From Vicinamibacteria bacterium (GTDB taxonomy: Bacteria; Acidobacteriota; Vicinamibacteria; Marinacidobacterales; Marinacidobacteraceae), in contig CAXXLQ010000004.1 in NCBI GenBank assembly GCA_963668695.2, positions 2,400,001 to 2,464,000 of the forward strand: a DNA stretch of 64,000 bases, written 5' to 3'. Shown here one piece after another: positions 19,759 to 29,266 of this stretch. Under the pieces are notes generated by a model. The model made no database searches. It had not been told where the DNA came from and worked only from the letters and a program-made list of their open reading frames with translations. The position numbers were made by a program, and so were the translations under genes. Numbering within the stretch: position 1 is the first letter of the stretch; each line of letters begins with the position of its first letter.

Positions 19759-20010
19759 TCAGAAACGGCGCCCATCGTGGCGGGCGGCGAGGATCTCCTC
19801 AACCGTCATACGGCTGGGTTTCCACCCGGCGGCTGCGGCCCGGAATCGCGCGACACCATCGCTGCATGCCTCGCGTTCGGCGTCGCCGGCCGGAACGAGG
19901 TAGGCCACGACTTTGCCGTTACGGCTGATCGCGATTCGCTCCCCGTTTTCGGCGGTGCGGAGGAACTCGGCAAAACGGGCCTTGGCTTCCGTGGATTGGA
20001 TCTGACGCAT
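19759..20010 (-). CDS. Phd/YefM family antitoxin
   Basis: STEAKARFAEFL...GERIAISRNGKVVAYLVP. Confidence 0.9.
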   Translation of the reverse strand: MRQIQSTEAKARFAEFLRTAENGERIAISRNGKVVAYLVPAGDAEREACSDGVARFRAAAAGWKPSRMTVEEILAARHDGRRF

Positions 20011-20111
20011 ACTTCTGACCCGTCATTATAACCGGATATGTTCCGCAACATCTCATTGGCAGGCGCGGTCCGCGCCAGTCGTGGCGGGACGGTTCGACGC
20101 CCCGACGCGAA

Positions 20112-21692
20112 CTACGAGACCACCGCCGGGCGCCGCGAGCGCCACACCCAGAGCCCGAAGGCGCCGAGGCCGAAGAACATGACGAGGAGAGTGACCATCC
20201 CGCCGATGACCGGAACTTCCACGGCCAACACGAGGATCCCGAGGCCGAGGGCGATCCGCCCGATCCGCTGGACGTTCGTGGAAGCCAGCCCGAGGATCGC
20301 CTGGCCGATCACCATGGCCGCCACCACCCGCGCGGCGAAGAGCAGGAAGAGGTAGAGCGCTCCGACCGCGAAGGCGATCGGCAGCCCGATGAAGGTGATC
20401 GCGAGCAGGATCGCCGCAAAGGGGAGCCCCACGAACAGCAACAGACCGACGAGCAGCGGGGCGATGGGCCTCCCCCCGATGGCGGCCATCGCGCCGAGCG
20501 GCCCGGAGGCGAGCAGCACGAGAACGAGCCCGAGCGCAATTCCCATCCCCCAGCGGGTCGCGAGGCTCATGGCGGTGTCCCAGGCGCTCTCCTCTTCCGG
20601 TTCGGGTTCGGACCACTCCACGGAGGACGCTCCCGGCTCGCGCTCGGGTTCCGACGGTCCGGTGTAATCGGCCGATCCGCCGATCCTGGCCCCGGGTCCG
20701 AGATGGAGTTCCTCCCCGTGGTACTTGAGGTTCCCCTCGATGGCCGCATCCACCTCCAGCCTGCTCCCTCCGGCAAGCACGGAACCGCCGACGGGTCCTG
20801 CGACGGTGAGCCGATCGCCGGCCATCATGACGCTGCCTCCCACCGAGGCTCCGGGAAGGATGGACAGCCGCCCCCCCGCTACGGCTAGACCGCGACCCAG
20901 TTCGCCGCCGATGCGTACCGTCTGGGCCGCTCCCCGCAGGCTGAGGCCGACGCTCCCGTCAATGACCACTTCGTTGCCGAAGGCGAACACGTCACCGTCC
21001 ACCCGCCCGCTGACGACGAGGGAGCGGCCGGCGAAATAGAGATCTCCGTGCACCGTGCCCTGGATGACTGCTTCCTCGCACAGGAGCAGCAGGTCGTCGT
21101 TCACCACCTGCTCCGGGGCGACCCGGCATCCCGGGGCGTCCCCGGTGACGACCTCGAGGGCCTCGGCGGGGGCGCTGAGGGCGCCGAAAGTGGGAAGCAG
21201 CGCGGCCAGCAGCAGCGGCAGGACGCCGGCGCGGGAGCGGCGGATGGCGTTCGAGGCCAGGGCAATACCGAAGAGGGTCATGAGGACGATGCCTCCGTAG
21301 GCAATCTGAAGTCCGAGCTGCTGTACGTCCAGCAGGGAGAGAAGGCGGAAACCGAGATCCGAGAACACGGGAAGGGCGTCCGGCATCGGCGTCTCAGCCG
21401 CCGCTTCCTCGATTCCCAGGAAGACCCGGCGAAAGGCGACGAGTCCCAGCGAGAGGACGAGGCCGGCGGCGACGACCCAGCCGAGTTCGTGGGAGACCTC
21501 GCGCCGTGAGGATGTCTCCGGGGCGGCGGCCGCCCGCAGGACGTCGCTTTCGCGGCGGAGGCCTTCGTAGAGGCGGTGGCACGGGAAGCAGCGGGTGAGG
21601 TGGGAGCGTGCCGCGGCCGCTTCGGGGCGGGGCAGCTCTTCGTCCAGCAGGGCGAGGAGCTGGAGTTCCGAGAAGTGCTCGACGGTGGCCAT
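20112..21692 (-). CDS. Zinc-finger anti-sigma factor fused to a bactofilin-like beta-helix and a multi-TM C-terminus
   Basis: HLTRCFPC (HxxxCxxC), TM segments, repeated GxVxGD/S beta-helix units and six C-terminal TM helices. Coupled to the sigma gene. Confidence 0.8.
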   Translation of the reverse strand: MATVEHFSELQLLALLDEELPRPEAAAARSHLTRCFPCHRLYEGLRRESDVLRAAAAPETSSRREVSHELGWVVAAGLVLSLGLVAFRRVFLGIEEAAAETPMPDALPVFSDLGFRLLSLLDVQQLGLQIAYGGIVLMTLFGIALASNAIRRSRAGVLPLLLAALLPTFGALSAPAEALEVVTGDAPGCRVAPEQVVNDDLLLLCEEAVIQGTVHGDLYFAGRSLVVSGRVDGDVFAFGNEVVIDGSVGLSLRGAAQTVRIGGELGRGLAVAGGRLSILPGASVGGSVMMAGDRLTVAGPVGGSVLAGGSRLEVDAAIEGNLKYHGEELHLGPGARIGGSADYTGPSEPEREPGASSVEWSEPEPEEESAWDTAMSLATRWGMGIALGLVLVLLASGPLGAMAAIGGRPIAPLLVGLLLFVGLPFAAILLAITFIGLPIAFAVGALYLFLLFAARVVAAMVIGQAILGLASTNVQRIGRIALGLGILVLAVEVPVIGGMVTLLVMFFGLGAFGLWVWRSRRPAVVS

Positions 21693-22303
21693 CAGACGAC
21701 CTCCTCTCCGGCGATTCCCTCTCCGGTGAGTTGGTCCCGCATCCGGCGGCGGCCGCGGAGCAGCAGTACCCCCACGTTCGTGCGGGTGATCCCGAGGGTG
21801 TCGGCGATCTCCTGGTAGCTGAGCCCCGCGCCGTAGCGCAGGGTGAGCGCGAAGCGCTGCCGGAGCGGTAGCCCGGAGAGCGCCTCGCGGACCCGCTCGC
21901 GGCGTTCGGCGGTGATCAGCCGGTCGAGCGGGCTCGGGGAATCGGACGCCAGTTGGGTCGCGCCTTCGTCGTCCAGGGGTTCGGAGCGACGGTTCTTGCG
22001 CGCCTCGTCCCAGCACCGATTGGCCGCAATCCGGAACAGCCAGGGCCCAAGGGGGCGCGAAGCATCGAAAGAATCCAACCGGAAGCGGGTCTTCATCATG
22101 ATCTCGCCGGCGAGGTCCTCGCCCGAGTCGCCGGGCAGCGTTCGGCGGCAAAACGCGAGCACCTGGGGATGGAAGTGTTCGTAGAGGGCGCCCCAGGCGT
22201 CCTGGGCGGCAGCCTGGTCGTCATCCTGTCCGCCGGCCGGCCTCTGCCGGTCGGCTTCCTGGCATACGCGGACAAGCCGTGCGATTTCCTGATCGTGGAG
22301 CAT
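21692..22303 (-). CDS. ECF RNA polymerase sigma factor
   Basis: WLFRIAANRCWD (region 2) and LSYQEIADTLG...VGVLLLRGR (region 4). ATG 22303 follows GGAGGG. Confidence 0.92.
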   Translation of the reverse strand: MLHDQEIARLVRVCQEADRQRPAGGQDDDQAAAQDAWGALYEHFHPQVLAFCRRTLPGDSGEDLAGEIMMKTRFRLDSFDASRPLGPWLFRIAANRCWDEARKNRRSEPLDDEGATQLASDSPSPLDRLITAERRERVREALSGLPLRQRFALTLRYGAGLSYQEIADTLGITRTNVGVLLLRGRRRMRDQLTGEGIAGEEVV

Positions 22304-22317
22304 CCCTCCGTTTGTCA

Positions 22318-22344
22318 TACGTCCTGGCTGCCCTGGAAGTTACA
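22318..22344 (-). promoter_or_regulatory. Putative ECF-type (autoregulatory) promoter
   Basis: Minus strand TGTAAC-N17-CGTA directly upstream of the sigma gene RBS, matching the AAC/CGT ECF consensus. Confidence 0.6.
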
Positions 22345-22504
22345 GCGCAGGCGGAACAGCCGAGCCCTCCCGATGTGACCCTTCTTCCGCGTCGGGGCAG
22401 GTTTCCAGGTTGCGCGCTCTTCCGAGACGTTTCGCCGTCCGCTTCGCCCTGACCCTGGCGCTCGTCCTGGCGGAGGCCGCGGAGACGCGCCCGAAACGGG
22501 CGAA

Positions 22505-23251
22505 TCAGCGATGGCGAAGCGCGAAATCGGCCCAGACGCCGAAGTGGTCGGACATGGGCTCGTTCCGGTCGTTTCGCTCGGGCCAGATTCCGATGGGGCC
22601 CGTCCGCTTCAGATCCTGCGTGTGCGCGATGTGGTCGACGGCCCGTCCCCGCGCACCGGGGAGGTCCCCGGCGGTTCCGATCTCCAATCCCTCGAAAGCG
22701 CGGAGCAGCGCCTGGTGGATCCTCTGGGGTGTCCGAGCCCGCGGAATCCGCTGATTGAAGTCTCCCAGGACGACGGTGCGCTGCGCGGCGCTCCGATACG
22801 GGAGCCCTGCGAACGCCTCAAGCCAACGTTGGTGGTCCTGCCAGCGTCTCCGGTCTTTTCGGCCGGTGCCGACGTGAGCCCCGTCCCAGGGAATGCAAAC
22901 GCCGACGACGGCGAGCGGACCGCTGGCGGTCTCGGTGACGCCCTTGACGAAGCGCCCGCCCGGGAGATCCTCCGAACCGAGGGAATCCAGCTCGGTCCAC
23001 GGCGATCGGCTCCAGAGAACTACCTTCCTGCGACCTTCGCGCGGCAGGGAATACCCCCAGTTGGTGCCGGCATCAATGATGTGGCCTTCCCCGGGAAGCA
23101 GACCTGCCGATCCTTCCGTGACGCACAGGATGTCGCAGCCGGGGACGGCGAGGGAGGTGCTGACGCGAGCGCCCCTGGCGCTGCCGGGCACGGCCCACTG
23201 GGTGTTCCAGGTACCGAGGCGGACGCTGGCCAGCTCGGTGATCTTCGTCAT
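22505..23251 (-). CDS. Endonuclease/exonuclease/phosphatase family protein
   Basis: GTWN, DILCVTE, LGDFN, VDHI and SDH motifs. Confidence 0.88.
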   Translation of the reverse strand: MTKITELASVRLGTWNTQWAVPGSARGARVSTSLAVPGCDILCVTEGSAGLLPGEGHIIDAGTNWGYSLPREGRRKVVLWSRSPWTELDSLGSEDLPGGRFVKGVTETASGPLAVVGVCIPWDGAHVGTGRKDRRRWQDHQRWLEAFAGLPYRSAAQRTVVLGDFNQRIPRARTPQRIHQALLRAFEGLEIGTAGDLPGARGRAVDHIAHTQDLKRTGPIGIWPERNDRNEPMSDHFGVWADFALRHR

Positions 23252-23332
23252 CTGCGCGGCGGGGAACTCTACCGGGCTGTGGAGAGACCCGCGCGCTCGT
23301 TTCGCCCGCTCCCGGCGGGCGACGCCGGCTGG

Positions 23333-23894
23333 CTAGCGGCTGGAGGCAGACAGCGTGGGCCAGGCGCCGCGCACGGAGCCCCAGTGGCGAGCGAGCGTCC
23401 GAAATCCATTCGACGACGGATCCGGAGTGGCCGGGTGTCCCTCGGTGTCGAGGTAGAGGCAGCCGACCTCGGCGGCCGGAAGTTCCGCCACGAGCCTTCG
23501 CGCTCGCTCGACTGCCGCCAGCCAACGTCGTTTGAGGACGCCGAGGTCGAGCGGTTTTCGGAGCGCCAGCCGGTCGAGATCCCCCTGGGTATAGGCCGCA
23601 TGCCGCGCCGCCTGCTCCAGCAGGAAGTCCGGGGTAACAGCCTGTGGTGGAACCCGGGTGAGCGCCGAGGCCGGCCAGTTCTCCCGGTGGGGGCGAGGCG
23701 CCCGGCTGACAAGGCGCGTGAGGGAGGAATACCTAGTGTATTTCGACCGAAACGCAACGATGAGCGGCGCGAAGCGACGCGGTTCAGCCGGGATGGATCG
23801 CCGGCCGAGCCCCCACCGGGAGAACTGGGCCGCGTGGGTTTTGCCACAGGCTGATAAGGCGCAGCACCTCCGCCTGGGCGGAACTCAGCGGCAT
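23333..23894 (-). pseudogene. Disrupted nucleotidyltransferase-type (AbiEii-like) toxin gene
   Basis: N-terminus MPLSSAQAEVLRLI (from 23894) runs into a MITE. A coding-like C-terminus PDFLLEQAARH...EVGCLYL...RHWGSVRGAWP ends at TAG 23333. The middle is missing. Family assignment is from recall. Confidence 0.6.
23638..23853. mobile_element. MITE-like repeat (family 1), reverse orientation, two 18-mers
   Basis: TIR CAGCCTGTGG...CCACAGGCTG. 18-mers at 23675-23692 and 23811-23828. Confidence 0.82.
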
Positions 23895-24157
23895 AGCCGC
23901 GCCGCGGTGATGAACCCTCTCCGGCCGCCGTGTTGCCGCAGACCCCGGACGATCTCCGGGACGTCGTCGAGGGTGACGGCCAGGTCGGGGCGAAGGTGCC
24001 AGAAGCACTGGGCGTGGAACGTGCGGAACGCTCGCCGGGCCTCGCGGACCCGCACCATGTCGCGGGCTTGGGCGGACGACAGTTTGCGGCGGCTGCGAAC
24101 CCCGCCCTTGCGGCCAATCCGGGAGAAGTACTCCCGGAGCGCGGCGGGCAGGTCCAT
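23885..24157 (-). CDS. Small basic protein, probable antitoxin partner of the disrupted toxin
   Basis: 90 aa (IGRKGG...ARRAFRTFHAQCFW...GLRQHGG). Its stop overlaps the start of the downstream pseudogene. Confidence 0.65.
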   Translation of the reverse strand: MDLPAALREYFSRIGRKGGVRSRRKLSSAQARDMVRVREARRAFRTFHAQCFWHLRPDLAVTLDDVPEIVRGLRQHGGRRGFITAARLCR

Positions 24158-24211
24158 GGTGGTATTTTAACATAAGCGGCTTACGTTTCTGCCGGTTGTT
24201 TCAGTCGTTAA

Positions 24212-24427
24212 CAGCCTGTGGTGAAACCCACGTGAGCGCCGAGGTTGGCCAGTTCTCCCGGTGGGGGCGAGGCGCCCGGCTGACAAGGCGCGTGAGGGAG
24301 GAGCCCCCACCGGGAGAACTGGCCCGGGTGTATTTCGACCGAAACGCAACGCAGAACGCAGCGAAGCGGAGTGGTTCAGCCGGGATGGATCGCCGGTCGA
24401 ACGCCGCGTGGGTTTTGCCACAGGCTG
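24212..24427. mobile_element. MITE-like repeat (family 1), reverse orientation, two 18-mers
   Basis: TTAA-CAGCCTGTGG...CCACAGGCTG-TTCA. 18-mers at 24249-24266 and 24305-24322. Confidence 0.82.
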
Positions 24428-24750
24428 TTCAGGTGGACGCGCCTGCCACGATCGTCGCCAGGATGGACACCCGGCTCGAACGGCTCGAGAACCAGCAGTC
24501 GCGCCTGATCCGGGGCGTCCTCGGGCTGCAGGCCGCGCTTGCGGTGGCCATCATCACGCTCCTGCTCCGGTCCTGATCCGGGGGACTCTCCCCCGGAGAC
24601 TTTTTCCAGGTCGCGCACTATCCATCCGGGTAGCGGACGCGGTTTCGCGGCCCGGAGGCCGCGATGCCGACCTGGAGGTCGGCGGTTCCTTACGCCAACT
24701 CTGGCCCGCGGTCCCTCCGTAGTCCGTCCCCGTCTCCTAGAATCCCGGCG

Positions 24751-26088
24751 ATGCGTGTCCTGCACCGGAAGCTGCTTGTTGTCGGAGCGGTCGTCCTGGC
24801 GGTCGTTCCGGTGCTGTTCGGGGTCCGGCTCCTCGATCGGATGGCGCTGGCCTATACGACCGGGCTGCGGCGGAGCCCGGACAGCCCGGGCTTCGGGGGC
24901 GTCATGCCGCCGGCCGACGGTCCGCCGCCGGGAGTTGCGTTCATCGGCTTTTCGCGGCCCGCGGAAAGCGGCGAAGGCTTTGTCATGCGGCGGGTCACCG
25001 CCCAGGGCCGGGAGGCGGGACTGCGGGACGGGGACCGGGTCACCGCAGTGGACGGGGTGGTGTATCGCGATGCGCGAGCCGCGATGGGTGGTCTCATCAG
25101 CACCCGGACTGCGGGAGAGACGGTGGAACTCCGGGTCGTGCGAGGAGGATCGGATCGCACGCTTCAACTCCGGCTGTCGCGCTACGTCCGCCATCCCGGC
25201 GACCTCGGACTGCCCTACGAAGAGGTCTCGCTGGCCTCGGGAAGCGGCCACGTCCTTCGGGGCTGGTGGATCCCGCCGCCCGCGGACAGCGACGGGCGGG
25301 CGGTGGTGTGGGTGCACGGCGCCCATTCGTCGCGCTATCAGGCACTCGACCACGGGGCCGAATTCCTGCAGGAGCGGGGCTACGGGATCCTGACGATGGA
25401 TCTCTCCGGCCGCGGCTCGAGCGGCGGCGAATACATCACCTACACCTGGAACGAACGCCACGATGTGCGCTCGGCGGTGCGCTACCTGCGCTCGCGGCCG
25501 GACACCGACGAATCCCGGGTGGTGGTCTTCGGAACTTCGAACGGCGCCGCGTCCGCGATTTATGCCGCCGCCGAACTGGGCGATCTTCCGGCGCTCGCGC
25601 TCGATGCCCCCTACGCCGACCTCTGGCGGGCCGCGGGTTCGATGCTGGAGATGCGGGGAGGGGTGCCGGCGCTCCGCGGGCCGCTCTCGCTCTTCGTCTG
25701 GGCGCGGACGGGTCTCCGCATCCGGGAAGTCCGGCCCATCGAAGTGATCGCCGAGATCCCCGGGCCGGTGCTCTTCCTGCACGGCGACCGCGACCGCCAG
25801 GTGCCCCCGGAGCACAGCCTGGAGCTCCACGAGGCCCGGCTCGCGGCCGGGCTTCCCTCGAGGCGCTGGGTGCTCCCGGGCGGGGAGCACGGCTTCGATG
25901 ACTACCCCCCGCCCGGGATCCTCTGGAATCGGGTCGCCGATTTCTTCGACGATGCGCTCGGCGGCCGCCCGGCGGGCCGGGAACTGGGCGGGCCGGTGCC
26001 CGACACCCTCGACAATCCGCAGTGGACCGGCGGCGCCAACGCTCCAGCGAACGGAACGAACGGAAATGGTCGCGGAGGAGCGCGGTGA
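24751..26088 (+). CDS. Membrane-anchored PDZ-domain alpha/beta hydrolase
   Basis: N-terminal TM, AGLRDGDRVTAVDG (PDZ), VHG, GTSNG, LHGDRD and GEHG. Confidence 0.85.
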   Translation: MRVLHRKLLVVGAVVLAVVPVLFGVRLLDRMALAYTTGLRRSPDSPGFGGVMPPADGPPPGVAFIGFSRPAESGEGFVMRRVTAQGREAGLRDGDRVTAVDGVVYRDARAAMGGLISTRTAGETVELRVVRGGSDRTLQLRLSRYVRHPGDLGLPYEEVSLASGSGHVLRGWWIPPPADSDGRAVVWVHGAHSSRYQALDHGAEFLQERGYGILTMDLSGRGSSGGEYITYTWNERHDVRSAVRYLRSRPDTDESRVVVFGTSNGAASAIYAAAELGDLPALALDAPYADLWRAAGSMLEMRGGVPALRGPLSLFVWARTGLRIREVRPIEVIAEIPGPVLFLHGDRDRQVPPEHSLELHEARLAAGLPSRRWVLPGGEHGFDDYPPPGILWNRVADFFDDALGGRPAGRELGGPVPDTLDNPQWTGGANAPANGTNGNGRGGAR

Positions 26089-28544
26089 CGGGCGGATTCC
26101 GAAACCTCGGCGCCGCCGCGCTGGCCTTGGCGCTGCTTGCCGGCTGCGGGGAACAGGGCGCCCCGCGACCGGCCACCGTCGGACCGGAGTCCGGCTACGA
26201 GGACCTGGCGGCCAGGCTCTCCGATTTCGTCGCCGCCGAAATGGAGCACAAACGAATCCCGGCGCTCGCGCTCGCCCTCACTGACGGAGATCGGATCGTC
26301 TGGGCGCGGGGATTCGGCGAGGCGCAGCCGGGCGTACCCGCGGATGCGGACACTCTCTTCAGGGTGGGTTCGGTTTCGAAGCTCTTCACCGACATCGCGG
26401 TGGTGGCCCGTCAAGCGTCCGGCGAGCTGGATCTCGACGCCGAGGTCTCGGATGTACTACCCGGCTTCGCACCCGCCGGCGTACCGGAGGAGGGCGGAGT
26501 CAGCCTGCGCCGGCTTATGGCGCATCGCGCGGGACTCGTGCGCGAGCCCCCGGTGGGTCACTACTTCGACGACACCGACCCCTCGCTCGCCGCCACTGTC
26601 GAGAGCCTGAACGGCGTTCCGCTCGTCTTCCCTCCGGGCCTGCGGCAGAAGTACTCGAACGCGGGGATCGCGGTGGTGGGGCGCGTGCTGGAGCACGCCG
26701 CGGGGAAGCCCTTTGCCGAGGCGGTGACCGAGGAGGTGCTCGTCCCGCTCGGGCTCGATTCGAGTTCCTTCTCGGTGGCCTCCGCGCCGGCGGAGCGCCT
26801 GGCTCAGGCGTCGATGTGGAGCTACGACGGCCGGGAATTTCCCGCGCCGGATTTTCCGCTCGGAATGGCCCCGGCGGGTTCGATGGTCACCTCGGTCCGC
26901 GATTTGGCCAAGTTCATGACTCTGCTGGCTGGAGGCGAGCTCCCCGGAGTGCTTGACGGGGAGTCGCTCGCAGAGATGTGGCGCGTCCAGTTCCCGGACG
27001 ATCCCCAGGGTCCCGATCCCAGCGGGTTCGGGCTCGGCTTCAACCGGGGCACGCTGGAGGCCCAAAACGCCGCCGGCGAAACCACCTCCTACGCGGTGAT
27101 CGGCCACGGGGGGGCCATCTACGGCTACTCCACCGAACTCGCCTTCCTGCCCGAGGTCGGACTCGGCGCCGTCGTGGTGACGAACGTGGATTTCACGAAT
27201 GCCGTGGCCTCCCGGATCGTCGGGCTCGCGCTCCGGGGGGCGCTCGGCCTCCGTTCGGGAACCGAGGGTGCCGAGGGTGCCGAGGGTGCGCTGCCCCGCT
27301 CCGCGCCGCTGCGCGAGGGGCTGGCGAGGCGGCTTCACGGTTTGTACGAGTCCGGGGAGGGCAGCCGGCTTCGGGTGCTGGCCCGCGGCGACCGCGCCGA
27401 GATGGAAATCGGGAGCGCCACTCTGGAACTTCGCGCCTCGGATACCCCGGGCGTGCTTGTCGCCGACTCGCGGCTGTCCTTCGGTCCCGAAGTCGAGATC
27501 GCCGAAGAGGAGGAGGCCGGACCGGAGGAGGCCGGACCGATCGAATCCCTTCGGATCGGCGAGCGGGAATTCCGCCGCGTCCCCGACCCGCGTCCGCCTC
27601 CCCCGCCGGCGGAGTTCAACCCTCTCCTCGGCGAGTACGGCTGGGATCACAACATTCTCTTCGTCTTCGAGCGCGACGGCGCCCTCACCGTGCTGATCGA
27701 ATGGCTGGAGCGCTACCCGCTCACTGCCGCCACCGAAGACCCGAACCTGTTTCACTTCCCGGACCGGGGCCTCTACCCGGGCGAGTCGCTCCGCTTTCTC
27801 AGGGACGATGACGGGCGGGTGAGGGGAGCGGATCTCTCCGGGATCGTCTTCCCGCGCCGGCCCGGCCCGGGCGAAGGGACCTTCCGCATCGAGCCCCTGC
27901 TACCGGTCTCGGAGCTTCGGCGGCTCGCCGATGACGCGTCTCCGCCGGCTGAGGAAGGCGACTTCCGCGATTCGGATCTCGTCCGGCTCACTGACCTGGA
28001 TTCCACCATTCGGTTGGACGTCCGCTACGCCGGCGACAACAACTTCATGGGGACCGCCTTCTACGAGGTCGCGGACGCCTTCCTGCAGCGTCCCGCGGCC
28101 GAGGCTCTCGCCCGGGCGCACGCCGCGCTCGGAGAGTACGGCTACGGCGTGGTGGCCCACGACGGCTACCGTCCGTGGCGGGTCACGAAGATGTTCTTCG
28201 ACGCCACTCCCGAGCCCCAGCGGATCTTCGTCGCCGATCCCTCTGCGGGGTCCCGGCACAACCGCGGCGCCGCGGTGGACATCGGCCTCTACGACCTCGC
28301 CACCGGCGAGGTGCAGGTCTTCGTCTCGGGTTACGACGAGTTCTCGGAACGCGCCTTCCCCCGCTACGTCGGCGGGACCTCGGAACAGCGCTGGCTTCGG
28401 GAACTGCTCCGCAGGCTCATGGAGCGCGAGGGCTTCGCCGTCTACGAACACGAGTGGTGGCACTTCGACTACGGGGACTGGCAGCGCTACGGCATCGAGA
28501 ACGTTCCGCTCCACCGCATCGGAGTAGCGGACTCCGGGTCGTGA
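26085..28544 (+). CDS. Lipoprotein: serine hydrolase (beta-lactamase/PBP-like) fused to a VanX-type D-Ala-D-Ala dipeptidase (M15D)
   Basis: Lipobox LAGC. SVSK, YSN and HGG motifs, then DGYRP, SRHNRGAAVD and EWWHF. Confidence 0.88.
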   Translation: MTGGFRNLGAAALALALLAGCGEQGAPRPATVGPESGYEDLAARLSDFVAAEMEHKRIPALALALTDGDRIVWARGFGEAQPGVPADADTLFRVGSVSKLFTDIAVVARQASGELDLDAEVSDVLPGFAPAGVPEEGGVSLRRLMAHRAGLVREPPVGHYFDDTDPSLAATVESLNGVPLVFPPGLRQKYSNAGIAVVGRVLEHAAGKPFAEAVTEEVLVPLGLDSSSFSVASAPAERLAQASMWSYDGREFPAPDFPLGMAPAGSMVTSVRDLAKFMTLLAGGELPGVLDGESLAEMWRVQFPDDPQGPDPSGFGLGFNRGTLEAQNAAGETTSYAVIGHGGAIYGYSTELAFLPEVGLGAVVVTNVDFTNAVASRIVGLALRGALGLRSGTEGAEGAEGALPRSAPLREGLARRLHGLYESGEGSRLRVLARGDRAEMEIGSATLELRASDTPGVLVADSRLSFGPEVEIAEEEEAGPEEAGPIESLRIGEREFRRVPDPRPPPPPAEFNPLLGEYGWDHNILFVFERDGALTVLIEWLERYPLTAATEDPNLFHFPDRGLYPGESLRFLRDDDGRVRGADLSGIVFPRRPGPGEGTFRIEPLLPVSELRRLADDASPPAEEGDFRDSDLVRLTDLDSTIRLDVRYAGDNNFMGTAFYEVADAFLQRPAAEALARAHAALGEYGYGVVAHDGYRPWRVTKMFFDATPEPQRIFVADPSAGSRHNRGAAVDIGLYDLATGEVQVFVSGYDEFSERAFPRYVGGTSEQRWLRELLRRLMEREGFAVYEHEWWHFDYGDWQRYGIENVPLHRIGVADSGS

Positions 28545-29266
28545 TTCTCGAACTCCTTTCGCGGGAGGGCCGGGAGGCGGCCCGCATTCGGCGCGCGGCG
28601 AAGACGCTCACCGAGCGGTACGCGCAGCCGGAGCCCCGGATGGACGCTGCCGATCGGCTCGTCCGGATCGGGACCCCCGAGGCGATCTACCAGCTCGCCC
28701 GGCGGTTCGCCATCACCTCCGGGAATCTGGAGCAGGACGATCAGGAAAAGCGCTGGGTCCGTGACCTGCTGATCGAACAGGGCGACCGCGCGGCCGATCC
28801 ACTGCGGCGCTACCTGAGGGGCCACGATGACATCACCTGGGCGATGGACGCCCTCTTGAAGCTCCTGCCAGCCGATGCGTTGGCCGAATTCCTCTTCGAA
28901 GTGCTCCAGGACGGCGACGCGGTGGCCATCCGGGGACCGAAGGCGGTCCAGATCATCGACTTTCTCGCCGGACTCGACACGGAAGGGATTGCCGCGGGGG
29001 TGGCGCGTTGCCTCACGAGCAGCGACGACACGGTGCGGATCGCCGCGGTGGCGGCACTCCGGACGTACGCGGAGCCCGCGACCCGGGAAGCGCTGCTCGA
29101 GGCCGTCGTCTCCGAGGAGGAGGACTCGGTACGCGTCCGGATCGCGATCTCCGAACTCTTTGCCGACCTGGAGTGGGAAATCCGCGGGCACCGTCCCGGA
29201 GTGGAGCGGGTTCTCCCGGATGGCTTCCGGGTCAGCTCTCGCGGCCGGATTCTTCGCGCCGGTTAA
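28541..29266 (+). CDS. HEAT-repeat protein
   Basis: RMDAADRL, DDTVRIAAVAAL and SVRVRIAISE repeats. GTGA overlap with the upstream gene. Confidence 0.75.
   Translation: MILELLSREGREAARIRRAAKTLTERYAQPEPRMDAADRLVRIGTPEAIYQLARRFAITSGNLEQDDQEKRWVRDLLIEQGDRAADPLRRYLRGHDDITWAMDALLKLLPADALAEFLFEVLQDGDAVAIRGPKAVQIIDFLAGLDTEGIAAGVARCLTSSDDTVRIAAVAALRTYAEPATREALLEAVVSEEEDSVRVRIAISELFADLEWEIRGHRPGVERVLPDGFRVSSRGRILRAG

Noticed and set aside
24433-24576. Short coiled-coil plus TM ORF tail (MDTRLERLENQQ...LLLRS)
   Set aside because: It may be a small gene or a remnant truncated by the MITE, but it is too short to call.
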